This document shows, piece after piece, positions 18,163 to 25,286 of a stretch of DNA of 64,000 bases. Both the position numbers and the translations under genes were made by a program. Position 1 is the stretch's first letter, and every line of letters starts with the position of its first letter. The stretch comes from Candidatus Micrarchaeota archaeon. GTDB taxonomy: Archaea > Micrarchaeota > Micrarchaeia > Micrarchaeales > CABMGC01. The stretch spans positions 9,437 to 73,436 of the forward strand of contig DAHWXM010000014.1 of the NCBI GenBank assembly GCA_027334165.1, read 5' to 3'. Below the pieces are notes generated by a model that ran no database searches, was not told where the DNA came from, and worked only from the letters and a program-made list of their open reading frames with translations.

Positions 18163-19478
18163 GGACCCAAGACCTGCTCTGGCTGAGCTTCACGGACCTT
18201 AGGGAGAAGAAGACGCGCACTGCCCTCACTGTGATAATGGTGATGATAGGCGTGGCCTCGATAGTCGCCCTGGTCTCGCTCACTTCCGGAATAAGCGCGA
18301 GCATACAGAATTCGCTCTCTTCGCTTGGTCCAACCTCGATAATTCTCACCTCAACGAAGCAGGCGGGCTTCACCCTTGCGGACACATCCGGAATAGGCAG
18401 CCTAGGCAACGTAAGTTCTGTCATACCGGTTGTTGAGGGTTCGGCAACGCTGGTCACTAGCGGCGGCAACCAGTCCGTCTCCATAATAGGAATATCGCAG
18501 CAGGATCTCAGCGGCCTTCTGAACGGGATAAGTATGTATGAAGGCAGCACTTTCAATAACACAATAACTCCGGAATCGCTCATAGGATATGATGTGGCAT
18601 TCCCGCAGACGGGCGGCGGTGGCCAGCAGCTCTCCACTGGCCAGCCGGCAACGCTCAAGATAGGCAGCGGAAGAAGCATACAGAGCGTGTCCATACCGAT
18701 AGTCGGCATACTTCAGTCCTACAGCGTGTCCATGATACCGATAAACACTGGCGTGCTTATGTCAGAACAGGCAGCAGACACCCTGCTCCACAGGCAGTCG
18801 TTCAACATGATCGTGGTGAAGGCCAGCAACGTGAGCGACGTCGGAGCGCTTACGACAACGCTCACCGACATATACGGCAACAACGCAAGGGTGCTCAGCA
18901 CGCAGCAGCTGGCCCAGACCGCCGACCAGATAGTAGGCGGGATAAGCATGCTCCTTGTAATAATAGCAGGCATATCCCTCCTTGTTGCAGCGATAGGCAT
19001 AATGAACATAATGCTCATGTCGGTGATGGAACGCACGCATGAGATAGGCGTGCTTAAGTCGCTTGGCTTCACTGGAAACAGCGTGATGGCCATATTCCTG
19101 CTCCAGGCGCTGATCATAGGCGCTGTCGGGGGCATAGTCGGCATAGGCGCCGGCGTTGCAGGTTCGTACTCGCTTGCGTCGCTGGCCTCGCATGCGCAGA
19201 GCAGCAACAGCTCAGCGGCATCGCAAACCTCTGGCGGCACGGGCTTCCAGGGAAGGGGGGGCGGCACGTACGCCGGAGGCACGTTTGCTGCGCAGGGAGG
19301 CAGGACCGCGTCTGCAGCGGGCTCGGGAAGCTCGTCGCTCTCGTTCGCCCCGGTGCTGACTCCGCAGACCGTGGCCGAGGCGCTGTTCATAGCGATGTTC
19401 GTGAGCGCGATAGCGGGAATGTACCCGGCGTGGAGAGCATCGAGAATGGAGCCCATAGACGCGCTTAGGGAGCTGTGA
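18159..19478 (+). CDS. ABC transporter permease, MacB/FtsX type
   Basis: N-terminal TM, large extracytoplasmic domain, and a C-terminal FtsX bundle (MERTHEIGVLKSLGF). A Gly/Ser-rich insert of about 55 aa precedes the last TM. Confidence 0.85.
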   Translation: MRTQDLLWLSFTDLREKKTRTALTVIMVMIGVASIVALVSLTSGISASIQNSLSSLGPTSIILTSTKQAGFTLADTSGIGSLGNVSSVIPVVEGSATLVTSGGNQSVSIIGISQQDLSGLLNGISMYEGSTFNNTITPESLIGYDVAFPQTGGGGQQLSTGQPATLKIGSGRSIQSVSIPIVGILQSYSVSMIPINTGVLMSEQAADTLLHRQSFNMIVVKASNVSDVGALTTTLTDIYGNNARVLSTQQLAQTADQIVGGISMLLVIIAGISLLVAAIGIMNIMLMSVMERTHEIGVLKSLGFTGNSVMAIFLLQALIIGAVGGIVGIGAGVAGSYSLASLASHAQSSNSSAASQTSGGTGFQGRGGGTYAGGTFAAQGGRTASAAGSGSSSLSFAPVLTPQTVAEALFIAMFVSAIAGMYPAWRASRMEPIDALREL

Positions 19479-19542
19479 GTCCAGAACGCAAGGTTTTAGA
19501 AGTGCTGCGCACAATATAACTGCTAATCCTAAGGGCAATCTG

Positions 19543-20424
19543 ATGAAGAAGGATGCTGTGATGCGCAAGACCGCAAGGGCGCTCGAGAATGCCGGCTACT
19601 CGACGGTAGTCGTAAGGAACATACACACATGCATAGACATATTCGCCTCAAAGCTCAACAGGACGATCGCCGTGAAGGCGGCGTACAACATAGATTCGGT
19701 GTCCAGGGATGAGGCCACGGCAATGCTCCGCGTGTCTAGGATGCTTGGGGCGGAGGCGGTGGTTGTCGGCGAGAATTCGCAGAACGGAATGCTAAGCGAG
19801 GGGGTCGTGTACAGGAGGTTCAGCGCCGATTGCATATCTACAGGGACGTTCCCTACGCTTGAGGAGAACAGGATATCTAAACTTGCGGCAAAATCTGCCG
19901 GCGTTAAGGTGCGCATCGACACCTCAAGGCTCAGACATCTGATGAGGATAAACAGGCTGAGCACCGGAAGACTCGCGGAATCGGCCGGCGTGGCCAGCGA
20001 GACCGTTTACAAGTACGTCAGGGGCGAGGCCTATGCCTCGCTGAGAGTGGCAACGAAGCTTGAGAGGGTGCTAAACGGCAGCATAACCGCGGGATGCGGA
20101 AGGGCGAACGAAAGGAACGGTGGAGAAGTCGAGGCGTCAAGGTTTGGGAACACGGACATGCTTCTCATAAACGTGGGAGAGGCGCCATTCAGCGGTATGA
20201 TGAAGAGAAGGAACACGTACGAGATAAGCTACGACGCCAACCCGCGTACCATGGAGAAGCGCGCCAGGCTCTTCGGTCAGCTTCACGAACTGCTGGATTC
20301 CAATTACCCTTTCTTTGTAAGCAGAAAGAGGAACGGACGCGTGCACGGCATACCGGTGATCTCGGAGAGCCAAGTTATGGGGATTGGCCGTGAAGAGGAG
20401 CTAGTGGACCTGCTGTCCATGTGA
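19543..20424 (+). CDS. XRE-type HTH protein (archaeal COG1395-like regulator)
   Basis: Central HTH LSTGRLAESAGVASETVYKYVRGE. Confidence 0.55.
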   Translation: MKKDAVMRKTARALENAGYSTVVVRNIHTCIDIFASKLNRTIAVKAAYNIDSVSRDEATAMLRVSRMLGAEAVVVGENSQNGMLSEGVVYRRFSADCISTGTFPTLEENRISKLAAKSAGVKVRIDTSRLRHLMRINRLSTGRLAESAGVASETVYKYVRGEAYASLRVATKLERVLNGSITAGCGRANERNGGEVEASRFGNTDMLLINVGEAPFSGMMKRRNTYEISYDANPRTMEKRARLFGQLHELLDSNYPFFVSRKRNGRVHGIPVISESQVMGIGREEELVDLLSM

Positions 20425-20438
20425 CCGATTCGACTCCA

Positions 20439-21473
20439 TCAGTTTATCTCCCATCTCACTGCGTTGTACTCCTTGCCGGTGTCTATGCTATACAGCGGCA
20501 GCGTTCCTAGCAGCACGTCGTCGAAGTACGCATGGCGCGTCTTGAGGCCGTTCTTGCCATGGCACTGCCTGTGATACGACACCCCCATCCTGTACGCGGC
20601 CTTCTCGTCATCGAACACGCCCATGCTGAAGAAGTCGTACCCGCCTATGAGCTGCGAGCACACGAGATACCTGCTTACCGCAGGATCTTTGTCGTCAGAC
20701 ATGAATGCCCTCCTCGCCCTTGACGAATTGGACTCGTGGTCCGGTCCGGGAGTGTACCTGCAGAAGAATCCGATTATCGCGGTGCCCTTCAGCGGCCTCA
20801 GCGCTATGCTGAATCGCTTTACGTAGCGCTCCTGCTCGACGATCTTCCGGTAGGTGTACATTGCAGAGTTGATGTGCATGCCGAGCTTCGACGCCATCTC
20901 CCGGAAGGTTATGCCTGAATCAGAGTTCAGCAGCACCAGCATGTCCTTGTATTTTTCCGGAAGCGCGGACTTCATTATGGCCTCGTTCCTCAGCGGGAAG
21001 AAACCCAGTTGCCTATGGGTCATCTCGAGGCTCGTCCAGGTCATGCCATAATCGGCAAGGGCTATGTGCATACCCATGTCCCACCGCACGTACTCGCTCT
21101 TCGAAGCGGCATTGGCGTAAACTAGCAGATCGTATTCTCCATGCGTGGAAACGACCAGCTGGGGCACGTACGACCTCTGGAAAGTGTGCAGCAGCATTTC
21201 CCTGTCCGGCCTTCTCTTGAACCTCACGAGTATGAGGTGCGGATTTGCAAGCCCGAGCTTCTCCTCGTCCAGTGCGATGGTGTTTGTTATGCCGAGCTCA
21301 CCGTACATGCCAGTCATGCGCTTCTTGATCGCCTGCCGGGAGATGCCGAGTTTCGCGGACATCTCTGACAGCGCAACCCTCGAGTCCTCCGACAGCATGC
21401 GCAGCATGCGCCGTGTCACAATACCGTAGCGCCCGTTGAATTTGCTCTCGAATTCGAATGGTATGGCTGTCAT
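20439..21473 (-). CDS. Tandem Lrp/AsnC-like transcriptional regulator
   Basis: Two wHTH segments (LSEMSAKLGISRQAIKKRM and FREMASKLGMHINSAMYTYRKI), each followed by a RAM-like region. Confidence 0.6.
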   Translation of the reverse strand: MTAIPFEFESKFNGRYGIVTRRMLRMLSEDSRVALSEMSAKLGISRQAIKKRMTGMYGELGITNTIALDEEKLGLANPHLILVRFKRRPDREMLLHTFQRSYVPQLVVSTHGEYDLLVYANAASKSEYVRWDMGMHIALADYGMTWTSLEMTHRQLGFFPLRNEAIMKSALPEKYKDMLVLLNSDSGITFREMASKLGMHINSAMYTYRKIVEQERYVKRFSIALRPLKGTAIIGFFCRYTPGPDHESNSSRARRAFMSDDKDPAVSRYLVCSQLIGGYDFFSMGVFDDEKAAYRMGVSYHRQCHGKNGLKTRHAYFDDVLLGTLPLYSIDTGKEYNAVRWEIN

Positions 21474-21591
21474 TAATCGTGTGATTGCGCGTTAATCCAT
21501 TTTAATGTTGCGATTCACACATAGGGCGGCACGAAATTTTGAGATAGAGGATTGTTTATAAGTTGTTTGCAGGAATTAAGATGGATGCGGA

Positions 21592-22833
21592 ATGGAAATC
21601 CGTGCGAAGGGTTATGCGTATCTGATAGTGTCGCTGCTTACCGGGGCGATGCTGCCTGTCGTCCTTGACCTGGCCACAGGCATGAACACCGCCGAATTCC
21701 TCATGCTGGCGTACATGGTGTCTATACCCGCATCGTACGGACTCGTTGTTGCGGCGCGCAAGCGGGACAGGTTGGCCGCTTACCTCAAGGATGGGAGGGC
21801 GCTGGCACTCATCGTCGCAATAGGCGCACTTAGCTACATCCCCTCGGAGTACATACTCTCGTACGCGGAGCACTACGTTACCGCATCGCTCGCAACTGCG
21901 GTTTACAGGTCGTGGCCGCTGCTCATGCTTCTGCTTATACCGCACTTTCTCAAGGAGAGGCTCAGCAAATTCCAGATAGTGTCGCTGGGGCTCGCCTTTG
22001 CCGGCATCTTCTTCGCGCTCACCGGGGGCACCGTCTCCCTGCAGGCCGGCGGGCAGTACGTGCCGATAGTCATGCTGCTCGTGTTCGGCGCCTTCTGCTA
22101 CGGTCTCGGGGGCATCCTCATGAAGAAGTACGTATTCAATGTTGAGAGCGCGATATTCCTGTTCAACCTTTCGCTCTTCGTCCTGTTCGCTGCGGTGTTC
22201 CTCCTGTCGGGGAGTCCTGCCTCAGGGCTCAGTGCAGCGGATGTTTTTGCCGTCTTCTACGTCGGCATAGCGGTGAACATCGTCGGATACTACGGTTACT
22301 TCGCCGCGCTGAGACTGCTAAAAACGACACTGGCCACCAACGCGTACTTCCTCTCCCCGTTCCTCACTTTCGTGTTCGCCGACGTGATTCTTGGGGAGGC
22401 GATAGCCCCGTATTACATACTGATAGCAGCACTCGTCAGCGCGGGGCTGTTCGTGCAGAAACTTGACAGGGTAGGAGGCAGCTACGCACAGCGATCCGGC
22501 GGGGCGCGCGGACTCAAGATATTCGACGTGACAAGGGCCTTCGTCTCTGGCGAGGAGCGCGCGGTGCTGTCGGCGATAGAGAGGGGAGAAAAGGTGCTGG
22601 CCATGAAGGTGCACGCGAGGCACAGGGGCACAGTAATGGCCATGCTTGAGCGCGAGGCGCGCGGGAACGTCTACGCGGATCTCGGGGCTTTCGGCAGTGA
22701 GGTTCGTGAGTTCATAAACGAGATAGTCGATAAGGGCGAGGAGGAAATGGTCGTGCTCATCTCCGGGACTCCGGCCGAGGGCGAGGCCTTCCTTGCTGAT
22801 CTCGCAGTGAAGCTTGAAGGCTCCCCGCAATAG
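21592..22833 (+). CDS. EamA/DMT-family transporter with a soluble C-terminal tail
   Basis: About 10 hydrophobic helices in two similar halves, then a hydrophilic tail of about 120 aa. Confidence 0.65.
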   Translation: MEIRAKGYAYLIVSLLTGAMLPVVLDLATGMNTAEFLMLAYMVSIPASYGLVVAARKRDRLAAYLKDGRALALIVAIGALSYIPSEYILSYAEHYVTASLATAVYRSWPLLMLLLIPHFLKERLSKFQIVSLGLAFAGIFFALTGGTVSLQAGGQYVPIVMLLVFGAFCYGLGGILMKKYVFNVESAIFLFNLSLFVLFAAVFLLSGSPASGLSAADVFAVFYVGIAVNIVGYYGYFAALRLLKTTLATNAYFLSPFLTFVFADVILGEAIAPYYILIAALVSAGLFVQKLDRVGGSYAQRSGGARGLKIFDVTRAFVSGEERAVLSAIERGEKVLAMKVHARHRGTVMAMLEREARGNVYADLGAFGSEVREFINEIVDKGEEEMVVLISGTPAEGEAFLADLAVKLEGSPQ

Positions 22834-23174
22834 TTGCAGAAAACACAAAAAACACTAATTAAATGAAAATTTTCGCATGGTATTTATATGTGGGAAGGCG
22901 CATGCTTATTCACGGGCAAGGGACCAGACGGAGCGCGTTTCCACACCAACCCCACACCGGCCGGACCCCACAAGGCCGCACCGCTCCGAACCCGCCCGGA
23001 ATGTTTGGCACAGTGATAACGGCGAATTCATGGACGTGATAGGATTGATCATTGGAAGAAAGGCGAGGCACACGGCACCCGAAGATGACAGGCCGGTCAG
23101 GATGGTGCCCGACGGCTACAATTCCTTCCGGATAATCTACGATGACTGACGCCGCAGCAAGCCTGCGCATCTGC

Positions 23175-24038
23175 TCAGTAGAATACCAGCAGTATTATGT
23201 TCCCTATCGCCAGCGACACGAGTACGGCTATCAGCGTGAATATGGCAAGGGGTATGGCATTCTTGTACACCGGGATCCGGGCCCTCTCCTTTCTCATCCT
23301 AGCGATCAGGCTCTTGCCCGCAAGCCTCCCGAACCCCCGATATTTTCTTTTGAACTTCTCCACCTCGGCGCGGGACATCATGTTTGTGGCTATTATGTCC
23401 CCCTCCTCGAGTTCGCGCGGGCGCACCCGCAGCGTCATGCCTTCGTATATGTATCCCTCGTACAGCAGGACTATGACAGAAGGTATCGCAGCGAACAGTA
23501 TGAGCAGTATGCCGAATTCCTTGAACGGCGCTATTGTTACTATGAACACCATCAGCAGGGCGTACGACACAAGCATCGCGAGCATGGTCAGTGGGTGCGT
23601 GCTCTTCATGTTTGGTGCCTTGTTGCCCAGCTTCCTCATGCCCTTAAGCGCGTAGTACATCGGAGTTATGAGCATCGCAGCGTAACCGGTGGTTATGAAC
23701 ACCGAGAGTATGAACGGGAAGCCCAGCTGCGGCAGCGGGATGAACAGCGGGGTCGGCTGTATCGGCAGCATCAAGCTTATGAATAGAAACTCGAATACGT
23801 CCCCCGCGCCGAGGAAGCCTATCTTGTAGGTTACATACCCTATTGCGGTTATTATCGCGGCTATTGCGAGGCTGGCCCACATATCCTGCCCGGTGAATAG
23901 CACTGTGAACGCCACGCCGAGCAGCACCGTCGCGTACGCAAATGCGTTAGGCACGTTCCTGTTGTTGAATATGTCAAACATCGCGTACGCAAGCGTAACC
24001 GCGACGAGAATCACAGTTCCGAGAAGTTGCGCGTACAA
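23175..24038 (-). CDS. A24-family prepilin/preflagellin peptidase (PibD/FlaK-like)
   Basis: Polytopic protein with catalytic Asp contexts AMFDIFNNR and GFLGAGDVFEF (GxGD). Confidence 0.75.
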   Translation of the reverse strand: MYAQLLGTVILVAVTLAYAMFDIFNNRNVPNAFAYATVLLGVAFTVLFTGQDMWASLAIAAIITAIGYVTYKIGFLGAGDVFEFLFISLMLPIQPTPLFIPLPQLGFPFILSVFITTGYAAMLITPMYYALKGMRKLGNKAPNMKSTHPLTMLAMLVSYALLMVFIVTIAPFKEFGILLILFAAIPSVIVLLYEGYIYEGMTLRVRPRELEEGDIIATNMMSRAEVEKFKRKYRGFGRLAGKSLIARMRKERARIPVYKNAIPLAIFTLIAVLVSLAIGNIILLVFY

Positions 24039-24310
24039 GGGATTACCGTGGCGCTGCCGCTTTGCCAGCGTGTTACGGACTTATCTTTTGCACAAAAGGT
24101 TTAAATATCTGACATGGAAGTGAATTACACAGACAGGAAGTTGAAGTGTAGCTATGGATACGACACCCGTGCATTATGCACTTGTGTGGGCAAGCATGCC
24201 AATGTCATCCATAGTTACGGCGAATTATTTTATAGCCAACGGAATATGCAATACGTCATTGCATGTTTCCACCGCGTAAGGTTGCTTCGGATCTCTTTTT
24301 GGTGTTCCTT

Positions 24311-24649
24311 ATGCAGGTGGCAAATAGATATAGAGAGGGCTCTTTGAAGGATTCGGCAAGCCGGAAGGAGCTTCTCCTGATGCACGAGATAGGCCTCGAC
24401 CAGATACCCACGGCCACGGACTTCGTCAGCTACGCGTCCGACAGGTTTGGCATGAGTCAGAGCGGCATCTGGTACACGCTGAAGAAACTTAAGAGGGCCG
24501 GCCTTTTGGACTTCACAGAAAAGGGAGAGGAGAACAGGCCGCTTACGCTGACAATGGAGGGTGTGGGAGTACTGCGAAGCGCACTTGCTTTAGAGGGTGG
24601 GGACCGTCACGAAGTGAGAAGGATGGCACAGGTTAGGGTGAGCGTGTGA
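24311..24649 (+). CDS. Small wHTH (MarR/PadR-like) protein
   Basis: SQSGIWYTLKKLKRAGLLDF recognition helix and wing. Start uncertain (24263, 24311 or 24380). Confidence 0.5.
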   Translation: MQVANRYREGSLKDSASRKELLLMHEIGLDQIPTATDFVSYASDRFGMSQSGIWYTLKKLKRAGLLDFTEKGEENRPLTLTMEGVGVLRSALALEGGDRHEVRRMAQVRVSV

Positions 24650-24714
24650 CCGCGGCATGAGCCGCGGCGCATGCTTGCCGCCATCCATTTATTTCTTTAC
24701 TTCTTATCTGATGC

Positions 24715-25122
24715 ATGGCTTCGGATTGCATATTCTGCAGAATAGCCGCCGGGGAGGTCGACGCGCTTGTAGTTGCGGAGGACGATAGGACCATGGCCTT
24801 CCTTGACAGCTCTCCGATAAGCGAGGGGCACACGCTCGTCATACCCAAGGCGCACTACAAAGGCATAGTGGACATACCTGAGGAAGAGGCGGCGGGCGTC
24901 ATGACGATGGCCAAGAGGCTCGCCATGCTCTATGAGAACCGCCTCGGAATCGGGGAATTCAACGTGATGCAGTCCAGCGGGAAGGCGGCGGGTCAGACGG
25001 TTTTCCATTTCCACATGCACATCGTGCCGAGGCGCACCGATGATGGACTTTCGCTGTGGCTCCATAAGAACGAACGGTTGCGCACGGACATACGAGAGGT
25101 CTACAGGAAAATAGTGGGCTGA
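24715..25122 (+). CDS. HIT-family nucleotide hydrolase/transferase
   Basis: CIFCRI N-terminal motif and HFHMHIVPR histidine triad. Confidence 0.9.
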   Translation: MASDCIFCRIAAGEVDALVVAEDDRTMAFLDSSPISEGHTLVIPKAHYKGIVDIPEEEAAGVMTMAKRLAMLYENRLGIGEFNVMQSSGKAAGQTVFHFHMHIVPRRTDDGLSLWLHKNERLRTDIREVYRKIVG

Positions 25123-25286
25123 CCAGAGCCTTGCGGGCTTGCGCGCGTTTTCACGACGGTAAAAAATCATGCGTAAACTAAATTTGGCATTGCGCGAATA
25201 TAAGCCTTTCCCGGTGTGCTGGCACTCCGCGTAACAGCACCCGAAGATTAAATAATGCTTCCGGACATCTTCAATCGGGAGGTGTA

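Noticed and set aside
22940-23010. 5S-rRNA-like string CCGAACCCGCCCGGAATGTTTGGC.
   Set aside because: Only the loop-C-like words resemble 5S rRNA. No helix I pairing, no loop E (AGUA) and no plausible 120-nt fold. The 3' side runs into an AT-richer small ORF.
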